Assembly (NCBI GenBank): GCA_001179505.1 | Contig: CDMY01000235.1 | Location: 1 to 64,000, forward strand | DNA length: 64,000 bases | Source of the DNA: Vitrella brassicaformis CCMP3155 | Taxonomy: Eukaryota; Protista; Chromerida | Direction: 5' to 3' | Part shown: piece by piece, positions 51,533 to 63,598 of the stretch | How the letters are laid out: each line of letters starts with the position of its first letter | Numbering within the stretch: the first letter of the stretch is position 1 | Program-made: the position numbers and the translations under genes | The notes under the pieces: generated by a model | The model's input: only the letters and a program-made list of their open reading frames with translations | What the model was told of the DNA's origin: nothing | Database searches by the model: none

Positions 51533-52034
51533 CCACTCAGACCACACACACACACACACACAGACATACACACGACGGGGGGAGGGGTTCGTGAGTGTAT
51601 ATATGGGGATCTGCATGCCGTTGGGTTCTCAGTGCACTCATTGCGATGCGGTGCGATGCGGTTCGTGGGGGCTAGGACGTCGGAGAGAGGAAGGAAGAGA
51701 GAGACAGAGAGAGACAGAGAGAGAGGGAAGGCAGGCAGGCACGGATGGATGGCACGCACCCGTCTTCTGTTGTCCGGTCGACGCGTGTCTGTCCATCCAG
51801 TAGCGAGCCCTTGCCTCGTCTCTTCAACCGCGAGCAACGTCGATGCTTCTGTACAGTAGAAGAAGACAGGCAACGAAGCGAGCGAAGCTAGGGGAGGGAG
51901 AGGCAGTGAGGCGATGCTTGCTAGTGATGCGATGCGGCTGCTGCATTCTTGCTTTCATGCGAAAATGGATTCATTTATATATGTACGCTGGCTGGGAGTA
52001 CGGCCGGACGCAGAACGCCCATGCACTGACCGAC

Positions 52035-52072
52035 TGACATCAGTCGCTTGTAGTGACATCAGTCGCTTGTAG
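52035..52072. repeat. 19-bp tandem duplication
   Basis: tgacatcagtcgcttgtag x2. Confidence 0.9.
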
Positions 52073-53202
52073 CTGCCTTGCCCCCGAGTGACTCGAGGCA
52101 CCAATCCAATCCAATTAGGACACACGATAGATAAGGGCTGCGTAAGGGCTGCGTACACGTGCAATGCGTACACGGGGGGGCACTGAGTGGCTGGTTTGAC
52201 GTGACGTGAGTGGATGGATGGATGGATGCCTGGAGGGGCGGGCGTGTGGGCGTGTGGGTGGTCTATGCATGCCTGTGTGTCGGCACGAGAAATGGTTGCT
52301 GAGTAGGTAGGTACCCGGGGGTGCATAACGGCATCTGCTGATCGGGGAGAGACAGACGAGGGATGGATTGAGTCTCGTGTGAGCTATGGCGTGAGGGGTC
52401 TCTTTTCTCTACCTCTGCTAACGCTTGCAGCCTCTGGGGAGCCTCTCAGTGGCTACACACGTTGCCGGCGGTGGAGAGAAGAATGCTCTCGTGGCCAAGC
52501 ACAGTCGAAGAAGAGACAGACGATGCCGTCCATCCATCCTTTCTCCTCTGTATTTCTCATCATCAGCAACTATTTCTTATCATCAGCTCACCGCCCACAG
52601 CTGCATGTTACCATGTATCGTCCATCTACAGCCGTCACTCACCCGCGACACGCACCTTCTCTCTCACCCACTCACTCACTCACTCTGTCTGTCTGTCTGA
52701 GTGTGTGTGTGTGTGTGTGAGTACTGCCCCTCCCTATTTATCCATGTGTGTGTGTGTGTGTATGGCAAGCAAGTGCTCGCTAATCCGCTGATGCATGTGC
52801 GTAAGCCAAGCCGAGCCAAGCCATGTCTGTCTGTCTGTCTGTCTGTGTCTGTCGTGTGTACCCGGCCGTGCGTGTACGTGTACGTGGATATGTATGTATG
52901 TATATCTAAACATGTGTACGGTACGGTACGGTGTATGGTATGTATGGTGGTGTGTCGTGCGTGGTTGTGTCGTGTGAGTAGCACAGCAGCCTTGCCTTGC
53001 CTTGCCTTGTGTGCGTGGTGGCGCGACGCGTGCAGTGCGATGCGAGACATCGACAGACACTCCACGAGTATATGCAATGCAACATCTGTCCGAGTCAACA
53101 TACATACGTTTGTACAAACGAGCGGTATGTATCCATCGGACCAAGTGAGTCAACTGCGCGTGACCCGCACGCCCCAAGGATACTTAGGATCTAGTGGGTC
53201 AG

Positions 53203-54907
53203 TCATTCTGTTCGTCTTGATATAGTTCCTCCTGGTCCCAGCCTGCACAGCACGCAGACGCACACACCTTCACAGCACAGCACAACACGACAAACGACAA
53301 CCGCAAACCATCCATCGCTTAGCTTACCGAGGCCCCCTGTATGTCATGCGCTTCACACAACAATGACAACAATGACATCCATTACAGACACAACCACGGG
53401 GAAGGCGCTTTCAGGCCTCACTCACTTTGGTGCGGGTCTGCTGGTGCGGTCCCCCGTCTCTTAGGTGGGCCATACACGTTGATATCGAGTGGCCCGATCT
53501 TTCTGGCGGGCAGCGCCCCCAGGATGTCGTGGGTCAGCAGCGCATACTGCGGCTGGCCGTTGTCCCACGCCCTCGGTCTTGGACGGGACTTCTCCACCTC
53601 ATCACTGGAGGGATCCAGGGGGGAGACATCCAACCTTGCATTCGGAGGCTGACACATGCGTGCTTTGTCTTACAGTGTTGGTCGTTGAGTCTCCAGGAAT
53701 ATCTGCATGCAACCAAAAGGCATCAATCGATGGCAAAGGGCCTTGATTCGGTCAGATGATTCTGTGTGTGGAGACATACGGACCCTCAGTCTCCTCTCTT
53801 CGGGATCGGTGATATCCTTTGTGAGCAGCTTGTAGTCGAGCCGCTCTTTCTGGTTGGCCGACAGGTACTTGAAGTTGCTGCGCGTACGCAAGAAGTCCGG
53901 CCGAGCCCCCTGCCAAGACAGGATCACACACTACCACCTGTGTCGCATGGCGTGTCTCTGTACTTCTCTCTCACATCGATGTCTTGCACGTCGAGGGCCG
54001 AGCGGACCGGCTCACTGCATATACAGAAAAGAAGACGTAAGAAGACACGAATGCCCTTACGGTCGTCTTGTTAGTTACCGGTGCCAACGCTTCTCCGTTG
54101 GCCAAGTCCTCTCTAAAGTTAACACAGCAGCCAACAGGTGGTGTCTCCAAGATGATTTAATGTCATGCCATGCAACGTACCGATATCTGCACAATTGATG
54201 CTGTCTGCCGGCAGCATTCACACAGGTGAGAATAAGTGAAAGGACAGAGGAGAATGAATGTTTGTTGGCTCTCTGCACTGACCACGGATGAATCGCGGAG
54301 GCTCAGGGGCCCTGAGGACGGTCGACGGCAACGTGTAATCAGGAACCAGAGGGTTTGTAATCCTACCAGTCTTCATTTAAATCACATGGCGACGACGACA
54401 CACAACAAGCGGATGTATGGGTAGCCAATTTGCAACACAGCCCTCCTTTCTGACCTTGAATCCTCTTCTGGCAGGTCTCGCATAGTCGATGTCATGCGTC
54501 GTCAGTGCAAGGTCAAACGGCCTGCCCTTCAGCCCCACATCCGATGCCAGAGAGAGCCGAGGCATCGCACCGTCGATGTCGCTGGTTTGATGACCGTCTC
54601 GCTTGGATGTGAAGCGCTGCCATCTCAGCTGCGGTGAGGTCTTCTCGATGTCGGTTGTGCGCAGGCTGGAGCTGTCCGGCTTGAAGAACCGGCTGCTCCG
54701 CGCTGCAAAGAAACAAACAGCTGCACAAGGGTGGTAACACACGCGTGCGCCTTCCTTACGTGGCTCTTTGGGGATGACACTGAGGGACATTAAGTCCCGT
54801 CGGGTGGGGAATGGAGCATCGCTGGTGGTCTGCACAGTGAAACGCCAAGAAGTAATGCATGTGCGCTTGTACCAGCAGCGCTAGCCCATTGCAGTCTTCA
54901 CCTGCAT
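53203..54907 (-). CDS. Repeat protein with ~8 LxTxDI(D/E)GAxP-type repeats and a TNPLxPxY motif (possible cytoskeletal/axonemal protein)
   Basis: Manual splicing gives SLRTTDIEKTSP, HQTSDIDGAMP, ALTTHDIDYARP, RITNPLVPDY, SINCADI|ERTWP, ALDVQDID|GARP, LLTKDITDP, LLTHDILGALP and HQ|THDIQGP. The 6-nt first exon (ATG CAG) is tentative. Confidence 0.62.
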
Positions 54908-54987
54908 CGTTTTAGCCGTCAAAACGGAAGGACTGCGGCCCAAGGTGCATGCGCGAGCTCGCCCCCACGCCCCCCGTTGCATGCAAG

Positions 54988-57900
54988 ATGTCCACGAAGC
55001 TGCGGACGCTGAAGAAGGTCCGGGCCAGCCTGCTGAGCCCTCAGGCGCCCGGGGAACGGTCCAAATCCGCCGCAGCAGCGGCTGTCGACAGTCGAACCTT
55101 GCTGACGCAGAGTAGTTCCGGCCGCAGGGACCGCAGGATAACAACAGCCCTCGCTGCCGCTGCAGAGGCCCGAGCATCTGTCGATGCAATCATCGAGTAT
55201 GCGAGAATTCTTGGACTGGACCCTGTGACAGAACAGGTACCGGCAGAAACACACAAACTATCTCTCCCAAACATTACACATGCGTCTGCCTGCCTGGTCA
55301 CCACACTGTCAGGCATTCCTCTTCCTTGCCGAAGGTGTGTGAAGACGTCCGCCGATAAGCGCAAGCCATCATTTTGCATGTTCATGTGTGTGTCTCAGAT
55401 GTCCTTCATGCGGCTCTGCCGACTGGCTGCAAACGGCTCGAGGACAAGGACTCAGGCCGGATATACTTTTACGACCAGAACACGCAAGAGACGACCTGGG
55501 AGCCGCCTCTCCATGAAGTGGGGAGGAGAGCCGTTGCCCATCTGCGGCTGGCGCTGGCCGATCGGTCGTTTTCTCGCGTAGACAAAGACCTTGACGAGAC
55601 AGAGAAGGGCATACAGAAGGAGCTGGACAACTGGCTGCAGGCGAGAGATAGATGGACTGCACGTCTCACCCTCAGTTGTCTTATCTTTACCACCAGGTGT
55701 ATGATGCCGATGCAAAGCCCTATTTTCTCCACACACAGACCAAAGGCGCTTCTTACGATGACCCACGCAATCGGATGTTTTCGGCTCTCTTTATGCAAGG
55801 TGTGTAGGTACAAACTTCGATCAACAAGCCTCCCGACGCTGTGTCTCCTGTGTTCGTTCAGTCAAGCTGGTGCAGAAGATGAAAGCAAAGCTGCCGACAC
55901 TTGTCAACGCACCCCCACCGCCGGATCCAAGTCAGCACCGACGAGAGACGTGATGCGAGCCCGCTTGGTCTGCAATCTGCTGTTGTGGGACTCCACAATA
56001 GGCGTGGCTAATGGTGCAGCTACAAGGATTCAGTCTTACTGGCGCATGGTGATGGGCAAGAAGGAGCGGAGGCGGAGACATTCAATGCAGCGAAAGGGAT
56101 CCCTTAGGGCTGACAGGATAAGCAGGTGAAGCCAAGAGCCAGCTTGCTTTGTGTCTCCCCCCACATGCTTCTCTGTTTTGCAGGGACGGCACTGTGCACT
56201 TGTCTGTGGTCGATGGCGATGTGGTCTTAAGCCTTACAGAGTGAGGAGCGCACCTCATGCCAGTATATTTCTGCAAGTATCATTTGTTCGCTGCGCTGAC
56301 AGTGATTGCCGTCGGCAGAAGGCAGCGACGCGTATTCAGGCAAGATTCAGGGGCCACAAGGCGAGGTCGCAGCACAGAAACATCGTTACTGACCGAACGT
56401 GAGCCAGCATCCTACCAAACGCGTCTGAGTAACGGCCATTCACGCGAACTTTCGTCTTTGTCTCACGCGCGGATCTAGCCGGCGTGACTCCGCGACCAAG
56501 ATCCAGGCAATGATGCGATCGAGATTTGCAAGGAGAAGCGTAACCTTACAAAAGTATCTGATGTCGAGCCAAATGTTGGTTCTCTGTGATGCAGGTGGAA
56601 GCCATCAGACAAGAGCGGGGTGAGAGCAAGGAGCAGGATGTGGCAAGGAAGGCACGAGAGCGTCGACAGATTGTGGGGATGATACAGAACGCCGTCAAGA
56701 CAATCGCAGGGAGGAAGCTGCTCGATGCCATCGCCGCTCAACAGGGACTAGAGTAAAACCCAGAAGAAGAGGCAAGCAAGCTGTTTTCACTTTTTCCGCA
56801 CTGAACTGTCTTTCAGTGCTGATGCGAGAATTCGTGGCCCGACGCTGCCCATCTTCAGGCGCACTATGCCGCCCTCCCTGCTCAAAGCCAACGCTGAGCT
56901 GCACAAACAGCTAGGGGCTGCACTGCAGAAGAATTTTGATCTATCTGCGACCCTGATCCAATCGGGTTACCGGGGGCACATTCAGCGTGTCGCTGTTGCC
57001 CAGCTGAGACACGAGCGAGAGCTGCTGAAATATCAGAACCTGAGTGCAGGTCAGCGCGAAGCGCAGGACAAGAAGACAGATCGGCACGAAACGAAGTGAT
57101 ACACTCACTTGCGTTCATGCACAGCTGCCACCCGCATCCAATCTCCTTTCCGAGGACTGCTTGCTCGGCGTATGAATGAGCACTAGGTGCGACCTCCGAA
57201 CCGGTCCATTGTGTATGTATTGTATGTGTTTCAGAGCGTGTGCGTCGGCTGAAAGAGAGACAGCTCGAGCCGCTGGACGTGTCGATATCTGTGGAGCCAA
57301 ACGGCCTTGAGCTGCACCTCTCGCCCAACCCACAATTCAACCAAGCAGCATACCTCGAGACATTCGCAAGCAGGTACGCCGGACGTTGGATAAACAAGTG
57401 CATCTGTGTCTGTGAATGGTTGGCGTGTTTGCCATTTGCAGGGAGTTCATGCCTCAAGTGGTGCAGGCGATGCAGGACCAGGTGCTGTCGCTGTCATCGC
57501 GCCACGTGCAGAATCGACTGCCATCCAAAGAAGAGACGAAGGAGGAACTTGCTGGTGAGGCCGTTACCAACGGAGAACAACGGCTTGCTGCACCGGCAGC
57601 GAGGCGCGCTGACGCACCTGTATATGCGTCAGTCCGAGAAGCGGACGGCAGCGCTGCCCAGGAGCTCGTCACTAGCGGCTTGGCGAAGACAGTCGTCGAG
57701 GGCCTTGTCAGCGCAGGACTCCAGAATCTGACCACCCAGCGGCAACATAGTCCCACCCAGCCCCCGACTGTTGAAATGCTCAAAGGAGAGACAGCTGACT
57801 TACCGGCTGGGGATGAGCAGCCACCTTCTGCTGGCCCGGCCCCGGCAAGGCAAGAGCCGGTGAAAATGCGAAAGACCATCACACTGGACTACGAGCTTGA

Positions 57901-59089
57901 CAACGAATCGGCGTTACAGAGAATGGAGCCATCCCAGGTGGTGCACGAAGAGCGACCCGCGGCAGAGAAACCATTCGACATCGTAGCGTGCGAGTCGCTC
58001 GAAAGCCAGGCAACGGCCAACGACGATGACAGAGAAGGCATTGTGATCGAGCCCCCGGAGACACAAGACGACAAGCCGGACGCTCATGTCTCACGGAGCA
58101 TTGATGAGCCACGAGCTGCTACTTCTTATGCCGAGTGGGCCCTCAGTGATGCCCGCCGTGTCTTCACAGCATCCACCCGCAGCCAGCCGGTCCGCGCCAG
58201 CGAGGAAAGGCCTACAGTCAAGCTCGCTCCCAACAGGAAGTCCTACGCTGGCAAGCTCAAGGACGGTCGCTTCACACGCAACCCCGACATCGATAGCCTC
58301 ACGGACGCACAGAGAGACCAGCTTATGAAGGACCTGGAAGCACGGAGGAGGAAAGCCAAAGAGGAGGTCGCAAAGATGAGGGAGCGCAGCCAGGCAAAGC
58401 AGCGTGAAGCCGAAGAGAAGAAGCGCAAAAGAGAGGAGGCGATGAAGAGCGAGGCGGCCAAGGAGGCAGAGGAGATCGCCCATCAAAGAGATGCCGCCTT
58501 CAAGCAGTGGCTGTCCGACAAAAGGAAAGTTGCCAAAGAGGAGAAGAAGAAACAGTCGGCGGAGATGGAAGACTACTCGAAGAAGCTCCTACTCAAGGTC
58601 AAGACAAGAGCTCTCTCCAGAATTGCATCTCATGTCTTGTCTTGTCTCTGTGTCTGTCAGCAAGAGAGAGATGCTGAAGCGGCAAAGCGCTTGCGCGAAG
58701 AGCGAATGCGACGGCTGGAAATTGCCGAACAGAAGAGGAAACAGTGGGAACTCGCTGTCGCCCAAGCCGCTCATCAGTTCGACGTTCCGCCACGGGCGAG
58801 AGACACAATGTTCCGGCGGTCCTTCCAGGGGCCAGTGAGGAGGAACGTCTTCATCGAGCACCACTACACGACATTCGTCTCAGACGACGATGAGGACAAT
58901 GAAGAGGAGGAAGCTCAGCAGGGAGGCAACGGCGAGTCGACTTATGTGCCTGCCGATCCTGACATACCAATCAGGAATGCGTCGAGTGCACAGCCGGGGT
59001 ATGCGTCACTTTCGGGCCTTGTTCCACTGGGCAAGCCTGGAGGGGCATCGTTTGCCCGTTCTTGTGCTGTTTATGGATCGTGCAAGTAA
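54988..59089 (+). CDS. CEP164-N-terminal-like WW module + multiple IQ motifs + C-terminal coiled coil
   Basis: Spliced IIEYARILGLDPVTEQ|AFLFLAE|DVLHAALPTGCKRLEDKDSGRIYFYDQNTQETTWEPPL. IQ motifs: AATRIQSYWR, AATRIQARFRGHKAR, ATLIQSGYRGHIQR. Charged K/E/R helix in the last exons. Confidence 0.72.
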
Positions 59090-59169
59090 CGAGTGCGTAC
59101 AGGACACTTCATGACATTCATGTACGCGCAGACATGCAGAAAAGAGTCCACTCACGGCTCTGACCTGGA

Positions 59170-61326
59170 TCATTTACTTGCGGAGGTCAATGTGGTGCAT
59201 TGTATCATACATCTTGCGAGAGGAGTCCGCAGTAGGCAGCCCAGCCGGAGGGAGCTCGGCCGGGTCCTGACATACATAATCATCGGCAGACAGGGAGGGA
59301 CATGTCCGATTGTCAACACGAAAACTAGCCTCTCTCCGCATACCATCTTCTTTGTCCTTTTCCTGGGCGGCGGCATGCTCTCGCTCCTCCTGCGGGACCC
59401 CTCGGTCTCCTCCTCTTCGGCTGCACTCTCAGCTTGCAACGTCCGGATGGACTTCCCGGCCAGTTCAGGGGGCTCCTCCCACCGTTTTCTAAAGATGACA
59501 TTGCTCAGATACGTCTGAGGGAAGGGCTGTCTCTGCGGTGAAACGGGCTGAGATGCTCGTGACGGGGGCACGTCCGTTTGGACACCCCGGAGGTAGCCAG
59601 AGCGGATGAGCTCCTTTTAACGAATGAGACAAAGGAGAAAGGGAAGCTCTTGAGAGACACCCATCGTTGAATGCGCCTGGGCTTCTGTTACCTGGATTCT
59701 TGTGTCGGCGATAATGCCCTGTGCCATGTCGCGTAGCCCCCATGGGCTCCTCTTCCTCAGAGGTCTGCCCCCGAAGAGCTCAAACGCATCCGTCCGAGAC
59801 AGGCCGTCATATCGAGGGAAGGATGGAACTGAAGACAGAACAACGACCGTGACAGGGCTGGATCGATCTGCATCAACACGTCACTTACTTTTCGTTGGGT
59901 CCTCTCGCCCCGGTGCGGCTTCAGCTTCAGGTGGCGGAACCGACTGGCTCACGCGAGGTGCAGGCCTACAGGAGGCGAAGAAGGGGACATGAGACATGGA
60001 CATGTGATGAACATTGGTTGGATCCTACTGTGGAGCCGGTGCAGTGGCCGGTCGATCGGCCTGCCCATTGTAATACTCAGCCACTCTGTCTGCAACGGAC
60101 ATCCTCTCAGGCACACCCACAGCCCCTTCCGCTTCATTCCTTTTCTGCGGTGTAGACCAGTCTTCTTCTGAGGCCTCTTCAGCAGCCAGGACACCCACAT
60201 CCTGTGGAGGTGGTCGTGCTGGCTGCTGTGACGGCAATGTCACAGCCATGGGCATGACTATGCTCGCCGGTGGCCTGACGGGCCGCTCGGCTGCCTTGTC
60301 AGCCTCTTGCTGGAAAAACATAGCTTGTCTCGCACGTGCAGATAAGGGAATGGTATAGTCCCCAGCCTCTATATCAGTGGGCAGATCACTCACGGCTGTT
60401 AATGTCAGGGGGAAGGATCCCGGCGGGGCCTTGAAGACAAACAAACGAGACACATGTCGGTTCAACTACAATCCTACAATCTTCTGTCTGTATCACCTCT
60501 CACCTGATCAACCAATGGTTCCTTGTAATATTTGCTCTCGACGTACTTCCGAGCTGATGCAGAGAGGGACAAATGGAAGGAAGCTTGACACTATCGAGAG
60601 TCGAAGGCGCGTGTTGACGCATACGTATCGGTCTGAGTCGGAGCAGGTACGGCTCCAGTATCTGCTGGGTCGTGGCATTCTTGTGACGAAACACCCGCCG
60701 CAGACTGTGCCACAGATACAGCTTACACGTGCATTGCTCACATGAGATGTGGGAGCAGCGTACGGTCTCTGAGGTGGTGCAGGGTCCACCCAAAGGGAAT
60801 CAGCGCGAAGATGGTCAGCAACAGTGTCAACCAGGTTCCTCGACGAAGGAAATGGCCTCCTGCAAAGAGCACCAGAATGCATGAGGGTTGCCGTCTCCCT
60901 GTGGCTGTTTGCTCACCTGAGCAGGCGGATCTCAGGGGGCTCAGCTGTGCTGCAGCAACCACACGCAAACATGCGGGGACAGCGGGGAACGCTGTTTGCA
61001 ATGCCGCGCCCCTCCTCAACTCACCCCTGGATGAGCTGACGTAGCTCATTTGACTGGACGAGCTTTCTTGACCGAATTAGCCCCAGATCATCCCTCACTG
61101 CACACTCGAGACTTGTCCGTCGACGCAGCAGCTGCCCGGGGCCGCCCTTGTACTGCTGCTGGAGCAAAGGCCTGATCTCTGGGCGTGGATAGTGGCGCGA
61201 GGCTCGAGGAGGGGCAGAGGTGACTGCATTCCTGGCCGCGTCAGCCAAACTGCCTCCTTCGATGGGACTCATGGTGTCTGAGACGCGGTCGCCCCCAATT
61301 GGCCCACTGGCACAGCGATCCTGCAT
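59170..61326 (-). CDS. Multi-exon hypothetical protein (boundaries uncertain)
   Basis: Series of minus-strand open segments bounded by GT/AG (e.g. ...LRQLIQG|gtgagt, ...DTRIQ|gtaac, ...RKRTKKM|gtatg). No recognisable domain. Confidence 0.4.
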
Positions 61327-61351
61327 GTAGCGCGCAACAGAGAGAGCAGAG

Positions 61352-63598
61352 ATGGCGGCGACGGCAGAATCGGGTGATTTCTTCATCACACAGGCGTTTA
61401 AGGTTGACTTCAAGGAGGAGTACAAACCCATCGACAATGAAAGAATCTCAAACATGCGGGCCATCCTCGCACAGGTGGCACCGTGATGACACAGGGACAA
61501 GAAGCAGATCTTAAGCGTCCCTGTTGTATCATCGGTGTTGGCTGTGTCGTGTCGGTGCAGATGCGAGGGGAGCGGCAGACGACCTTGTTGCTCAAGAAGG
61601 AACGGCAGTGCTTTGAGGTGGCTTTGCAGCTCGACCAGACAAGGGGCGACGTTGCTAAGCGCGTCAGTCAGCGGATAAGAAGTCGGCCGTCGTGTGCGTC
61701 CATGACTCTGTGCATCCGTTTGCACTGACTGCGTTTGCAGCTGGAGAGCTGCGACGAGAAAATGTCCGCGTTCGAGAAGCGCCAAGAAGATTTGCGTCGG
61801 GTTGTCATGGACAATGTGGACTTCATTCGTGAGACCGACAAGAAGATAGAGTACGCGGAGAAGCGCATCAAGGAGGAAGAGGACGAGATTGCAGAGACGG
61901 AGAAGCAGACTCAGGCGCTGGAGAAGGAACTCGACATGTTCAAGTGGGTGAGGGAGGGAAGCCGGGGGCATCCATCGTGCGGAAACACCCTCTCACCCTC
62001 ATCCATCAGGCAGATGCGTGAGGTCAATCGCGGCGAGGTTGACGGCGTCAACCACTACCAGCACTACCTCGAGTCCGTCGCGACAAGTCAGGCATGAGCA
62101 CTGCAAGATGAGGAATCCGATAACGGCAGTACTGTCTCTGTCTGTCTGCAGCGTACGCAAGTGAGTTTGAGGGTGAGGTCGGCAATCTCATGCGCCGCTT
62201 CCAGACGCTGAGGGAGAGCAATGCGGAGCTGGAGGCGCAAGTTGTCAACTCGACGCAGACACTAGAGGCGCAGAGGTAGGTTTTATCGTGTTTGCATGAC
62301 GAGGGAGACATCATTGTCTATCTCTGTGACAACGCCGGACTGCAGGCAAAAGGTGGCCACCTTCATCGAGAAGACGCAGAATGATCTGGTGAGGCTCACA
62401 TCAGAGCTGTCCGAGAAGCAGCTGCAGCTCGACAAGATGCTTGCCATGATCTCGTCGCTGGAGGAGAAAGTCAATAGGTACGCCCTCTGTCTGTGTGGCG
62501 TGTGGCCAAAATAGCACAACACAGCCAGGGCTTCTTGTGTGTACTGGATGCAGTGAGACGGGGGAGACGACCTACAAGGACTCCCTGATATCGTCTTTTC
62601 AGATGGCCATCAGCTCCCTGTTCGCACGGCTTGTGCAGAAGTCGCCTCATGCTAACACCAAGCAGAATAGGCGGCTGATGCAGTCCACCCAGATGAAGTA
62701 CGGCCGGCACACCGAGGAGATGCTCAAGCTCATTCAGGAGAGGGCCACCGACATGCGATGGGTCATCTCGACATTCCACCGGGAGCATAACAAAAGTGAG
62801 AAGCACACATGCAGTGTTCAATCAACCAGACACGTGGACACCCCTTCCTTGTTCCTCGCAGAGGCGGCGCGTGCAAAGGAGCCAGTCCACCACCCTGTGT
62901 ATTACGATGAGGACGAGGAGACACACAAAGACGTCATCGAGTTCTACAGACCCCAACGTGCGGCACCGGAGCGTGGCTCGGCATCCGGCGCCTCGTCCAA
63001 TGAGCTCGAATCGAGATTATCTCGAGACAGGATGGTGACCCCTTCTGAGTCCCAAGCGCCCATCGCAGAGGACGTCAGCCAGCCACAACCATCACACCTG
63101 GCCCCCCCGCCGCCCTTCAAGCGCCACCGAGTCCGTTTGAAGAGTAGGTCTGTCGTTGAGCATCGAGAGAAGGCGACACCATCGGTGTATGCCCGACCGA
63201 GAGCGGTCAGCACCACAGCCCCGCGGAAGCCGTCGCGTGTGTCGCCCAAGGGAGCGTCCAAGGCAGCTGTGCTTTCGCCTAAGGTGGCAGACGAGCCAGC
63301 TCCTGCTGACGTGCAGCGGTCTGCCAGCCCAACGTCAGAAGGTACGTACGTAAGACACCTCCAAGGAGGAGGCAACACGTCCAATCGTACGCCCCTACCG
63401 CTTTCAGACGGTGAGACGTCTCCGCCTGCCCCTCGCCCTTCACAGCCCATCGTTGCTCGCGGCCGGCACCGACAGAGCATCACCAAGCGGCAATTTAATG
63501 AGCTGTTGGGGCTGGGGGAAAGCTTCGAGCCTCCTGAACTCGTCCCTGAGCCCTTGCCCAAGTTCGCCTCTCTTCTCTCTGCTAATTCAGGCAAATGA
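61352..63598 (+). CDS. CFAP73/CCDC42-like (DUF4200) coiled-coil flagellar protein with a low-complexity C-terminus
   Basis: TTLLLKKER...FEKRQEDL...VDFIRETDKKIEYAEKRIKEE...YQHYLESV...FEGEVGNLMRRFQTLRESN matches the DUF4200 pattern of CCDC42/CFAP73/CFAP100. Canonical introns. Confidence 0.75.

Noticed and set aside
52131-52154. taagggctgcg x2 and the adjacent 19-bp duplication as a structured element
   Set aside because: These look like ordinary local slippage duplications with no larger unit
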